Counted from the first letter of the stretch, positions 49,787-62,027 are shown. The stretch: DNA of 64,000 nt from Podospora anserina (GCA_017654855.1 CM030336.1:3906001-3970000); one strand, 5' to 3'. Numbers and translations: made by a program. The notes: a model not told the origin generated them from the sequence alone.

Positions 49787-52152
49787 CTACCCATAACTTC
49801 GTGACCTCCCACCGCCAGAGTTACTCGGATATCTCCTCCCGTTGGCCAGTGCGGGTATATACAGCGGTGCCGTTCTCCGCTTTGGAGACGGCAGCGAGTT
49901 GACCGCGTCCCACATCTCCATGATGCCGGCTCTGCGTGCTGGAAGCATGCTGTACTGCAGACTGTACAAGTTTCTGCGATCAAGCGGTGGCACAAATTTG
50001 CCTGTGAGTAGGCAGAGCAATACGCGCGGGGACAAGTAGTGTTTTCGGATGCGGTGTCCCATCTGAAAGTATTGATGGAACATGGCTTTGAAGCTCAGGG
50101 GTATGGACTGATCATCGTGTCAGTTTCAAAGCCAGGCAGAATAACCGAGAGATAAAAGCCTACCTTCAAGTGAATTACAGAAGTCGAAGGTATTGGTTTC
50201 GTCGTGTCATTAACGCCGTGTCTAATTTCTTGGGTATCTCGAAGTTCAAAACGAATTCCGCCTACAAACTCCAGTCAGCACACTGCAAAACCATGATGTA
50301 GAGCATAAGAACATACCTGGTAACCTCCCAGGGTCTTTGATCCTCAACATAAGCGCAAAAAGTGGAAAGTGATTCAAAAATGAAAGCATGGTATCGAAAA
50401 CCGCCTTGAGCGATATGATGACCATGCGGGCGATGGCAAAATTAAGGTAGAATACCACCACGGTTGGAAGCAAAAAGAAGAGCAAGGTGAAAAGAATGGT
50501 GCCAACGAGCAGCTGATCCAGGTCGTAGTCGCACGAGTCGATGCGGTTCCTCAGTACATTGTGCTTCTTGCCGCGAAATAGGTGGAAGAGCGAGATCAGG
50601 ATGTTGAGCTGCCAATGGTAGATCCTCGCAGATGCCAAGTAGAACGAATAAATGTGTATCGTCAAGATCGATGTCAGATCCGAGAACAAGGCGATTGGCA
50701 TGCTGGCTCCGGCAAAGCTGGAGAAACCAATAAACCAAATCATGTGAGGTAGAACCGGACGGAGAGTCTCAATACAACCTGTGAAGGTTAGTGACGGGAT
50801 GAGATGGGATGGTTGAGCACAGAATACTCACTGGACCAGTACTCAATAACCCACAGAAACAAATCCCCTAGAAACAACGCCAGTTCGCTGTTGAGCTTCA
50901 GCCCCGCTGGCCATCCCATGAGCCACGAAATACTGCTCTGCAGAGCCTCGACCGTGTACTGCGTCAAGAGGTGGCTGATCTCATCCGCAAGCCAGCTGGA
51001 ATTGTCGATGACGTATGACCCCAACGCAATACCAATAATAACATCATTGGCTACCAACCACAAGCTGTTGTAGAAGCGAATGTAGTCGGGATGGCTGGTG
51101 GTAACACTCTCCCAGTCGTTTTTCCTAAGCCGCAGTGTTACATACTGCATCGGCCAGTAGCAAAACTGCTGAAGCCGAATCTCGACTTGCTGGGCTGTGG
51201 CAGATATGTCCTTCAGCGCAGCATATTTTGGTCGAGCCCGCCACTCGAGCACCGTCAAGAGCACCTCGGCAGCTATCCGATGCGCCATCAACCCCATCAC
51301 GAACAGCTTCTTGATAACGGGCAGGACATAGACCGTCACCAAGTTCCATAGCCATACCAGAATTATGTCTCGCATGGTGGTCGCCGATTCAACAACCCTC
51401 TCAGACACACTCAAACTTCTCTTGGGCCTTGTTCCTATCCTCGAGACATTCTTCTGCATCAGCTTCTCGAGCTCCCGCGCCCAGTTGATTTGATTCACAA
51501 TTTTGGGCAGCGCTCTCTCTTTGGCCGACGGGGTCCGCTTGAATATAGAGTGTTGCTTCAATTTCTCGACCAGTTTTTTCTTCTTCTCCTTTTTGAGCCG
51601 CTCCTCTCGTTCGTCGGCCTCCTCGGCGCCGTCTGAAAGACCGATCCTGAATGTCTCATGCTTGTCGCCCAGGGCCAGAGCTATGGGACTCAAGGAGATG
51701 TACTGCATCCTTCCGGGAAAAGGTCGTTCGAAGAGTATGATCTGAATATTCGAGGCCCTGGCGCATGTGATTATCGGTACACGTATGCTCGGCCCGGTCG
51801 TCGCTCGGATCCATGATGGGTCGATCTGTACGTCGTCTGAAGTATTCGACAGTCCCAAAATATGCAGAGACGACTGCCCGCACAGCTCATAGATGCGGCT
51901 TACTGGATGGGGCGCGTTTCGCGTGAGGGTGCCAAGCTTCAAGGCGCTGTCGACGTTTCGGGGCTGGCCAAGATGTCAGCTTTCTCCATCCTTTTTTGTC
52001 GAGCGTTATAAACCCACCTCCACCTCTTCCAGAATGGCCAGCACAAACACGTCCAGGGCCGAGTTCCTCCACCCCACCACCACACCCCTCAGGTCGGATC
52101 GTGGCAGGTCGGCCGGCCAGAATATGCGCATCAAGCCATCATTCTCTGGCAT
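49787..52152 (-). CDS. gpi1: GPI-GlcNAc transferase component Gpi1 (PIG-Q); introns 51964-52017, 50779-50831, 50262-50316, 50108-50163
   Basis: MRIFWPADL...VVVGWRN, YIRFYNSLWLVANDVIIG, WLMGWPAGLKLNSEL, LFRGKKHNVLRNRIDSCDYDLDQLLVGTILFT and RLPGGIRFEL. All introns have canonical ends and restore the frame. Confidence 0.95.
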
Positions 52153-52177
52153 GACAGACAACAAGGCGCGAGGCCAC

Positions 52178-52598
52178 CTAGAAAGATCCCCGTCTTCTCA
52201 ACTGCTCTCTGGCCGATACGCCGGATCCGGGTGCTCGCGGGTGCTGGACAGTGTTGATCAGCAAAGTCTTTTCCAGTGTTGAGGAGGGGCAGGCGTCGTA
52301 CGAGAGTCGACTCCCGGGCTGCGAGACGTTCCACGGGTATAAAGATGAGCAGGAACACAAGTGAAAGCGCGGCAAAGCCTTTGGCGGCTCGAGACTGTGC
52401 AGACGTGCGCAGGTTAGATAACGAGGCGGGGGGGCTTAAGCGTAGACGAAGGGGGAAGAGGGGGTGGGCGAGCATTACAACCACTCCGTAATCCCAAGCA
52501 AAGATGGCAAGCTCATAGAGGCGAGTGACCAGGTCCCATCGGGCGGTGATGTAGCCAGCTACGAAGATGCCGAGTGTCAAGACGGAAAAGGGGTGCAT
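52178..52598 (-). CDS. Small 92-aa membrane protein of unknown function; exons 52598-52479, 52394-52302, 52243-52178; ends 25 nt before the gpi1 ATG
   Basis: MHPFSVLTLGIFVAGYITARWDLVTRLYELAIFAWDYGVV|SRAAKGFAALSLVFLLIFIPVERLAARESTL|HPRAPGSGVSAREQLRRRGSF*. Two phase-0 GT...CAG introns with CTAAC/CTGAT branch sites; hydrophobic segments at the N-terminus and in exon 2. Confidence 0.8.
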
Positions 52599-53330
52599 AG
52601 AATCGCGTGGTGGTGGTGGTGTGCTACCGGCGGAGCATGCCTTGGGGAGTTTGTCGTGGGCTGTGCGTGTGCAGTGTTGTTTGTTGATCTACGGATAGAC
52701 TTGTCGCGCTGCTGCTGCCAGGATACTGTGTATGTATGTGCCGGACGTCTTGTCTGTCGTCAGTTGACGGGACCAAATGCTGTGGCTGGGGGTACCGGTA
52801 TCTGGGGAAAACGAGGGCTCGGCGGGCGGGCGTGTGAAGCTTAAAGAGGCAAGCAAGTGGAGCTGGCAAGGTCGGATGAAGGCCGCCAAATTGCTTGGGG
52901 CTTGCGACGAAGCTTGTTCCAGACTCTCTGCGTCTCTTCGATCGATGGTGCATCTGATCATTTCAACAAAAAGCCCCATCACCGTGTCTCCAATCGCCAA
53001 TCAGAGCCCGCACATTCCCATGAACCGTGCCCCACTTATCTCCTTTTCCTGGCGGCGCGGGACAGACAGCCACCTGCTTTGAATCCGAGTCTCCGATGTG
53101 GTGGTCAACGACGGTGGCACAGTTTTCTATGAAGATGTAGACTTCCGTGTATACGATATGGACACAGGGGACTGTATTTACATCTGACACCAAACAGGTG
53201 TGTGGCAGATCACTGAGTGGGTGGGTAACATCAATAGACTCCAGGTTGAGGACCTATATGGCACCGTATACATTTTATTCTACACATGTACAAGTGATTA
53301 AGATCAGGATCATATGGTTTGAACCACTCT

Positions 53331-53809
53331 CTCTAAAAAAGCCTGTGTCAGAAAAGTCAGGAGTGATACAGAGGTGAAGGCACTTACACTTCTTCTTCCC
53401 CAGCAGCGTTGCATCATTCTCTTTAAAGTCTTCGCGGGCCTCGTCCAGCAACTTGTCTATCCCCCGTTCCTTGAGTGCGCGCTGTGTAATGTTAGCCCGT
53501 CATAAATCCACCAAAGTTTTCAGACGGTCCATCATACCTTCAAGCATACGTTGTACTCCTTAAACATGGTGGCGCATTCGTTATTGTCCGAGGTACTGAT
53601 CCCCCTCAGGTACTCTAAATATTCATCAGTCGTTCGTCTTTCCATGGTTGGGCAGGGCGTGCCTACTTTCGCTGTACCATTTCAAGAAGCAGGTGTCGTA
53701 GCGTCTGAGCAAATCAACCGTTAGCGGTGACCATGAATGATACACACGGCCCTATGAGACGGACTTACTCTTTCAGCTCGTTGCATTCTGGGGCAAGTGA
53801 TTGAGACAT
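53331..53809 (-). CDS. mdm35: Mdm35/TRIAP1 twin CX9C intermembrane-space protein, encoded by small exons and absent from the ORF track; introns 53705-53768, 53615-53666, 53482-53537 and probably 53333-53387
   Basis: Spliced translation MSQSLAPECNELKERYDTCFLKWYSEKYLRGISTSDNNECATMFKEYNVCLKRALKERGIDKLLDEARED... contains twin CX9C and the WYSEKYL signature. Confidence 0.93.
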
Positions 53810-54442
53810 TTTGAATAGGCCCCAGACCTCGGTAGAAAGAACAATGAAGCAATGCTAAGGGATTTTTGAAATGACAGAGCCGTGTTGCGCCTGGATGTAT
53901 TGCACTGCGATGGTAAATCCAGGAAACGATGCCGCGTGTTTCGGCGGCCTGCCGGCAGTCTCGATATAGGTGAACTCGTGACTCCAGAAGAACTCCCAAC
54001 AGAGGAAAAGCTTGGGCCAAGTTGCTATCGAATGGAAGGAAGCTTAGGTAGCGACTCTGATTTTCTCCCAAATAAAACTTCGGCTTTGCAAGTTGGAACT
54101 TCAAATCTTCCTTGACATCTCATCACTCTTAAACGCCACCAAAACTCCAACACATGTGAGGTGACCTCCAATTGCCAAGCGAGAGAGGAGAGCCAGGATC
54201 TTATCTTATCGGCCACACACCTCTTTTGAGGGTACTTTCGGAGACAGCAATAAATCCCAGCAATTACAAGTACCACGCTACTCTCAAAGCCGCTTAGCGT
54301 CGCATCCACCCTGCCAAAGCGGATCCACCGAAAAGTTCAGGACTGCCCGTTTTGAAAACAACCAGAAAGCCACCACCTGCTGCGCAAGACAACCACCCCA
54401 TCACTGGCAAAAGGCAGGACCGTTTGCGACATCGACAACAGG

Positions 54443-57400
54443 ATGGAGTCATCACAAGATTACAACTCTCTCCGAGAGACCATCCAACCCGCCCTCGTCA
54501 CCGTCACTCGATCAGCCGGCGTCGTCGCAAACGAGGATCTCCAATTCCAGCGCACCGTCCGCCCATCCGTCGGCGACAAGCTCGACAAGACCGCCGATCG
54601 CATGCTGGGCTTGGTCAACGGGTTGCTCAAGTCTTCCTCCAAGGTGACGGGACAGTCGACGACCAAGCTGGAGGATATCGACGATATCGAGATCAAGTGG
54701 AGAGGCATCGTCGACGTGATCGATTCGTTCCTTGAGAAGGCCGACACCTGCCTTGACGAGTACACCGGTTTGATCAAGAGAAAGAATGCGCCCACTGTCG
54801 AAGAAGTATGTTTTTTTTTTGTTCTGTACATGTTTTACCGTGTCACTCTAACCTCCTCCTTCACAGGGCCGCGACCCCAAGCGATCGAAATCGACGGCGC
54901 CGCTCGACTGGTCTCTCAAGCGCGCCAACATTGTCAAGCCCCAGAATGGGTTCGAGAAGAAGCCCAATAACTTTGACAAGGGGCCGTGGAAGCCCATCTT
55001 GACGAAGAAGCCACATGCGATTGTTCCGTTGGAGCAGTCTTTCAACACCTTTCTCAATGAAGAGCACACTACCCAGTATGAACCCCCGTCCCTTTTCAAG
55101 AATTCCCTAGTTTCTCCGGTACCCCCGGTGGATAGTTCTGTCCAAGAAAAGGAGGCCGATCAAGAAGAACCGCGTCTGGCCACCCAGCCCAGAAGCCGAA
55201 AGGCTGTGGGAAACTGGCGCTGGAGACAGAAGATGCGGGACAAAACATATCAGCAAGCTGTGACGGCGTCTGCGGAGGTTTCCAGAGAAAACTTCCGAAG
55301 GGGTTCCTGAGGACCCTTCGGAGGAGATATTTGAAGGATTCCCTAATGTGGATTCCCATGGGAACCTTCTGGAGCTTCTTACGGAATCGCCAAAGGAGGT
55401 CCCCAGGGATGTCTCTGAGGAAGCTCCCGGCAACACTCTTCAACAGGCTATTAAAAAGGCTCCAAGGGATTTTTCCGCTCAAAGTTTTGGACTTGGTCCC
55501 CTCGAGCATTTTGTCCAATTATGTCTCTGTAATTTTTCCCAAAAAAGAAAACTAACAGACCCCTCAGATACCAGAATCCTTACCAGCCCGAAATCGAAGC
55601 GATGAAATACCCCAGCCATGTGTTCGAGTCAAGAGAGCCGATCAAGTACCTCGACGTCGAGAGCACCAAGCCGATTTGGGTGGACACGTGGGAGGGAGTG
55701 CTGGAGATGGTCGAGGAGTTGAAGAAGGCGAGGGAGATTGCGATTGATTTGGAGCATCACGACTTTCGGACTTATACGGGTCTATTGTCGCTCATGCAGA
55801 TCAGCACGAGGGAGAAGGATTGGATTGTGGACACTTTGGTGCCGTGGAGGCACAGGTTGGAGGTGCTGAATGAGGTTTTTGCTGACCCGGGGATTGTGAA
55901 GGTTTTCCATGGGGCGTTTATGGATGTGGTGTGGCTGCAGAGGGACTTGGGGGTGTACGTGGTGGGGTTGTTTGACACGCATCATGCGTCGACTGTGTTG
56001 GGGTATGGGGGGGGGAGTTTGGCGTTTTTGCTGAAGAAGTTTGTGGGGTTTGAGGCGGATAAGAGGTGGCAGCTGGCTGATTGGAGGATTAGGTGAGTAC
56101 ATGGTGGTGATGATGATGGGTTTGAAGAAAGGGGAAAAGCTAATGATGACGTTGCAAAGGCCGTTGCCGGCGGAGATGCTGTATTATGCCCGGGCTGATA
56201 CGCATTACTTGCTTTATGTCTACGACATGATCCGGAATGATCTTGCTGCCGCGGCGCACACTGTCCATCCGGATGGGAAGCCGATTGAGCGGGTGATTGC
56301 CAAGTCCAAGAAGACTGCTTTGTCTAGGTACGAGAACCCTGCTTTTGACGAGGAGACTGGGCTGGGGGATCGGGGGTGGTATAACTACCTTGCGAGGTCG
56401 AGTTATGTCTACAACAAGGAGGAGTTTGCGGTTTTTAGGGCGTTGTGGAACTGGAGGGATAAGACGGCAAGGGAAGAGGACGAGAGCACGGGGTTTGTGA
56501 TGAAGGAGCATGTCATGGCGGAGATTGTGAGGGTTATGCCTAGTGACAAGAAGGCCCTTTGGAGCTTGCTGGATGGGCACGCGAGGAATTTGAAGGGAAG
56601 GCTGGACGAGTTGTTTGGGGTTGTGCAGGAGGGGAGGGAGAAGGGGCTTGCCGGGGGGGTGAGTTTGTTGCAGTTTCTTAGTGGGGGGAGTGGTTTGGCG
56701 CAGGCGCAGGTTGTGCCCAAGGTGCAGAAGGAGGAGGCGGTGGATATTAAGGAGTTGAGGAGTGAGAAGTCGCAGTTGTGGGGGAGTGTGCCGTTGAGTT
56801 CGGCTTGGGAGGATAAGGGGGCGAAGAAGGAGGGTGAGGATGATGAGGTGCTGGAGCTTCCTCTTTACTATAGCGCTGCGCAAGAGGAGGAGGAGGTTGG
56901 GGGTGGTGATGTGGAGGAGAGGGTTCCAGTGCTCAAGTCTGCTGCTGAGGTTTATGGTCAGGAGGAGCAGGAGCAGGAGAATCAGGAGTTTACACTCAAG
57001 ACGGGGAGAAAGCGCAAGGCGAGCGAGGCGGATGTGTACTCTGGTCCGGAGGAGCAAGTGGAGGATGAGGAAGATGTTGAGGAGGATGTGGAAATGGAGG
57101 ATGCCACCACCCCTGCAGATGGTGAACAAGAAGATGACTCGGAAGAGGGTGATGTCGAGGCGGCGAAGAAGACTGCTAAGCAGGAGAAGAAACTCAGAAG
57201 GAAGGCTGCTAAGAAGGCTAAGCGGGAGGCGGCTGCACAGGAGCAGGCTGAAGAGGGGGAGGAAAAGGAAGCGGAAGTGGATGAGGAGGCGAGGAGGGAG
57301 GCGAAGAGGGCCGAGCGGAAGGCTAGGAAGGCTGCTAAGAGGGCTGCCAAGGCACAGGAGCAACAGCAGGAGGAAGAGGAGGAGGAGGAGGAGGAGGAGG

Positions 57401-57603
57401 AGGCGTTTGATTACAGCAAGGCTGCTTCTGTGCTCAAGGCTGACGGGGGGGCGAGGTCGGAGTTTGATGACAAGAGGAAGGGGAAGAAGGGGAAGAAGGA
57501 GAAGGTCTTTGATCCGTATGCTGCGAAGACGGGGTCGGATTTGAAGGGGGTGAGGAATAGGAATTATGAGAGGGCGGGGAGGTCGGCTACTTTTAGGAAG
57601 TGA
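54443..57603 (+). CDS. rrp6: Nuclear exosome exonuclease Rrp6 (PMC2NT, DEDD exonuclease, HRDC, Lys/Glu-rich tail); introns 54806-54866, 55076-55567, 56093-56159
   Basis: PMC2NT (IVDVIDSFLEKADTCLDEYTG), IAIDLEHHDFRTYTG, VKVFHGAFMD, LFDT, WQLADWRIRPL...YARADTHYLL and HRDC WRDKTAREEDESTGFV. Confidence 0.96.
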
Positions 57604-60140
57604 GAGAGTGTGAGGGTGGGTGAATGGGTTTGCATTGATGAGGGGGTAGTGTTTGGGAGCATTACTGTGTGGGAGTAGACTATAGCATTGCATCAGATAC
57701 TTCATTAGAAACCGGTGTCGAGAATTGAAGTTGAGTTTTGTCATTTTTGTGAGGTTTACATGGAATATGAAGCATTGGATTTGGTTTGTGTATTCTGTGA
57801 CAGTGGAACTTTGTGGTGGGTTGGCATTGTGAGGGGACACCGTAGAGTACATCCGCCAAATGAGAATGTAGACACCACTTGTCATGATACACTTCAACGC
57901 CAGTATGTGTCAAGAATGGATCAAATCATGTCATGTAATCTCTCCCATCTCGCATCACTCACTGTCGTTTTAACGCCCGTGGCCCAGTGAGGATAGCTAC
58001 GATAAGGTGCCCCCTTTTTACCAATGCACCATCTTTCCTCCCCCATCGCGTCTAACCAGCGGCATCGAGCGGGAAACCGATCTTGTCCTCTTTCCACCGA
58101 TCTGACTGACACACCTTTATCCCTTGGGATACAAACCGAAAAAGACAGCTGGCCCGAGTAAATATAGCGTGGCTGTTCCCGTCATGGTTTTGTTTTGTGA
58201 CCGGAGTCAGTCAACCTAATACAGGAAGGGTAGGTAGGTAGGTTGTATACACCTCTAACACTGTGAGGAATTTCAAACTGATGAGTGAGACAAACTTATC
58301 TTGGAAACTCTAGGAGGCTTTTCGGTGGGCATGGCGAGATTGTCCCTTGGCTGCCAGCGGAGGTTTTGCGGGAAGTCTTGGGAGCGGGCTTGGTAAGCTC
58401 ACCTTTGGAACGGAATTTATGCACGGCTGTTTTGTGGTTTTCGTATGTAGGTAGGTAGACAAGTAATATCACATGCGGAAATTTGGGAGCCAAAAAAACC
58501 CCCCCCAAAAAAAACCACCAAAAAAAAACAAGACAAGTTGGTACATGATTCTTTCAGGACAAGAAGGATCGTGATGAGCGAGAACGCAGCCTGGCTCGTC
58601 AAATACCCGCCTCAATCCCAATCTTGTGGCGTCTTCTGTCAAGTTTTGATATTTCAATCTGACCAGGTAGAGAGGAGCTTTTCGGGAACAGAGTTCTATC
58701 AAGCTCCCCCCAGATAGGCCCATCATCCATAGAACTTCGGACAGATGACTCTCATTCGTCCGGAAATCTGCCCACGCTCACCTTACCCAGTGGCCTTTTT
58801 TTTGTTAAACCTCCTTGGTTTCACTTGAAGGTAGGGCATTGAGCCCGCATGACTGGAAGTGAGCTGATGTGCCGACGTAGCTTCCTTGCTTGAGTATCAA
58901 CGGAAGCGGAGGTAGAGGGGGGGCGCGGAAAAAGCACGGGATAAGGGTCCCCAAAACCACTTCCCACACTCCCCTTTCTATCACGATCCCTCATACAATA
59001 CTCCGATGGGCGCCCAAAGGGTGAACCACGTGGCGGGCTCCGTTTCTTGCCGCAAGACCCTAATGACCCATACGATATCACGATGCAGGGACCTGTGGGC
59101 TCTCGCTTGTGAAGGTTTTGGTCATCGCGGTAGCGGGTTAGGCATCGTTCGCCGTGAGCTAGCTCGGTTTTGTCCCGTATCTTCACGCTAGGTAGCGAGG
59201 AGAGAGGAACTTGGAAACCTAACGGGAATGGGAACCGGGTTGGGTTTTGTACGAGGCTTCTTGTGCGATTGGAGGCCGAGAGGGAGGAGGTGATTTCGTT
59301 CAAGGTTGATATTGGAGATGGCGACGGGGTACAGTTGCCTGGCTAGAAAGCCCGCATGCTGGGCTACTGGAGAATGGCGAAGGAGAGGAGCCGGAAAGAT
59401 GGCCGGGTTGAATCTGTCAGTTGTCATAGTTCCGTCTCACAGCAGCCACACGGCAGGTGCAAACGCCCCATCTTCTTCGAGCATGGTATGATGGTTGACA
59501 AGTCCGACATAATCCGATTCGGTCGATGCAGGTTGGTAGTGACTGCAGGTAGACATCGACGATGTCTTCCTGGCCAGCTGTTTTAGTGTAACAGTCCCCT
59601 TTGGCGGCACAGGAAGCTTATGGGTTGAGGGTCACGAAGGCCTAGAATTGAGATTTCACTCGAAAACCGTTTCCGGGAGCAAATGTTCCGTGGTTTGTGG
59701 TGGTTGTGGGCTGGCGGCCGCGGGACATCAGTTGTATCGCCACCGGTGGCACGATCGGAGGAGAATAATACGTAGGGCTGATCACGAAGCTCTTGAAGTG
59801 CTTCAAAAGGGCTTGTCGACGTTTTACCATGATGGATTAGATAGTGGCGCTCGTGTTTCCGCTGATCTTCAGGGAACAATGGCGCTGTGGATGGCAAAAG
59901 GAAGACGCTAGCTCGGCCCGGACCGGTCGACTTCCGGTAGGGTATACGCAGCAATCCACTGGTGTGTTTGGAGAGAATGAGAAACTGTCAAATCGCGAGA
60001 TGAAGCGCCCTATCACTCATCAATTCACATAGTGACATATTCCTGGATCGGAAAAGCGTACCAGATCTCGTTCGTCAATGAAAGATTCCGAGCTGCCCTG
60101 ATCTCCATTCAGGGTCCAAGTGATCGACAGAAGGTGCGAC

Positions 60141-60175
60141 AATTGAGACCCCAATTGAGACCCCAATTGAGACCC
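60141..60175 (+). repeat. 12-bp tandem repeat (AATTGAGACCCC)x3 in the frq upstream region
   Basis: aattgagacccc aattgagacccc aattgagaccc seen directly. Confidence 0.9.
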
Positions 60176-60958
60176 GGGGAGGCGGACGGCTGCTGCGAGC
60201 TCGAGTTGTCATTGGAGGCCACTATTAGGCCCACAATTCCCCAACGCCTCGAGCGATATTTTCGAAAGCCCATCTCGGTTGTCTTTTTGGAGACAGGGAA
60301 ACCACTGTTATTACCAAAGATTAACCACAGAAAAAAGCGCACAGAAGAGTTGTCGGTTCACTGCATAGATCACGATCTTGACTCTTTTTGTCTCCACAGA
60401 GTTTGACAACAGAGCAGAACAGAGCAGCGGCAGTTGCATTACGGCCACTAGCGCAGAAACACTAACCGTCACAATTGACGTCATAATTAGTAGTCAGTCC
60501 ATTATAATATCCCTGCCGCGAACAGAGACCAGCATGGGCCCTGCAGCGTGTTCGCGGGGTAACATGTCAGCATGTGCGAGGTGGTGAGGTGACTGGTGGC
60601 CGGAGCAGCACTGGTCGGACCTCTGGACCATTCTCCGGGCCTGTCAGGGCGCGTTGTTCACAGCCCGCCTCAGTCTCCTGTCCAGAGAACATACGGGCAG
60701 AATTGCCGTTTATTGACGTCTGGGGTGACAACCTCAGGACCTGGTGTAGCCGTTGTCTTGCTTGTGCCCGGCGATGGAGCGGAAAAGCTCGTGATAGACT
60801 TATGACTGGCGCCGCAATCGAAGGTTCCTGAAAGGGTTCCTCAAACATGGGCCTCACATACGACCCTGACCCCCGCGAGAGTCGTCCAAACATGGATGCG
60901 TGCTGTTCATGCATCACCTGGCGTGTGCTGTGAGGGCACGGAGGGTTCACTCTACGGG

Positions 60959-60984
60959 CCGATGACAGGGCAAAAACAAGATCT
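60959..60984 (+). promoter_or_regulatory. Putative Clock-box (distal LRE) homolog, a White Collar complex site upstream of frq
   Basis: CCGATGACAGGGCAAAAACAAGATCT aligns without gaps at 20/26 positions to the 3' part of the Neurospora frq C-box as I recall it (CCGATGACGCTGCAAAATTGAGATCT). It lies about 1.85 kb upstream of the frq ATG. Confidence 0.6.
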
Positions 60985-61662
60985 CGAGAAACCGCCTGCC
61001 GGTGCAGCAGTCCCCACCGAATAGCCACACAGCGCAGTTGCAGTCCGCGTCCCCGTGAAGTTCGGCGAAGTTATGACGACTGGATTGGGTAGTGTATGTA
61101 GGGTAGGACACAGCAGTGTATCGTTGATGTTTTTTTTTATTTAATGCAGTCGAGAGATGAACCGATCCGAACAGCGGACCGAGAGTCGTTGATTGATACC
61201 TGTCGGATAGTACACAGACGCTAGAAGACCGAAAGATGATGCTTCGTCGAGAAACGTCGTGGGCTGACCTCATAACCGATGAAACTTTTGGGCCAGTAGG
61301 AAAGCGGAGTTTCGTTCTCATCGAAGACAATCGAAGAATATTTGTTGAATGACCCCGCGGTGTGTCTCGAGCGGGCCAAGTCACGCGGTAGTGTGGTAGC
61401 AGAAAGACATGGTGGCCAACGGTGTGCTGTGTCGGGAATCAGCTTAGAAGAGGAAGTAGAAGTCCAAACAAAATCAAAAATGTAGTGAAGAAGCACAGAA
61501 AAAGGAAGGCATCCGGAGGTAGCTCTCCTTTGCTTTGTAGGTGGGAATTGAGCTCTTTTGAGCTTTTGGGGTGAGGGCCAGCGCGATGGGACAAGTCGTT
61601 TTGTTTCGGGCAACTTATTTCCTTGGTGGAGGGCCAATGACCAATCAGAGGCGGCTCCAGCC

Positions 61663-61703
61663 AGGACCCTGAGGAGGCCTAGACCGATCACCCTCGATCC
61701 CCT
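61663..61703 (+). promoter_or_regulatory. Putative proximal light-response element (pLRE) of frq, preceded by two CCAAT boxes (61634, 61641)
   Basis: AGGACCCTGA...CCGATCACCCTCGATCCCCT has two CGATC 10 nt apart. It resembles the Neurospora pLRE as I recall it (GGACCCTGAACTTTTCGATCCGCTCGATCCCCT). Confidence 0.65.
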
Positions 61704-62026
61704 TACCTGTGCTCTTTGAAGCGCGGATCGGGGCAATTCGTGTTGCATCTGTGAAGCGGTGCCAGCAACAAAAAGCGAGAGGAAAATAACCAGAGAAACA
61801 ATGGCCGCAGCCCACCATGGACCCTGGACCCCCATCGAGATGCGCGCAGCCTCCTTTCCTTGGCCATCTTCAGAGAGTCGTCGCCTGAGGAGCCTGCCAT
61901 TGGGGTGTTAACTCACTGGTCCCTCTCCCTACTTCCCCATCCAAAGCCCTCTGGCTTCATTTGAATCCTGCCTTGGTTGTCCCCCCTGCACACCTCACCT
62001 CACACGCCCTCAACGCAACCACAGGG

Positions 62027-62027
<1 letters not shown>

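Noticed and set aside
57900-60900. Short ORFs in the region between rrp6 and frq
   Set aside because: They show no motifs or typical codon bias. The region is best explained as the long frq upstream region.
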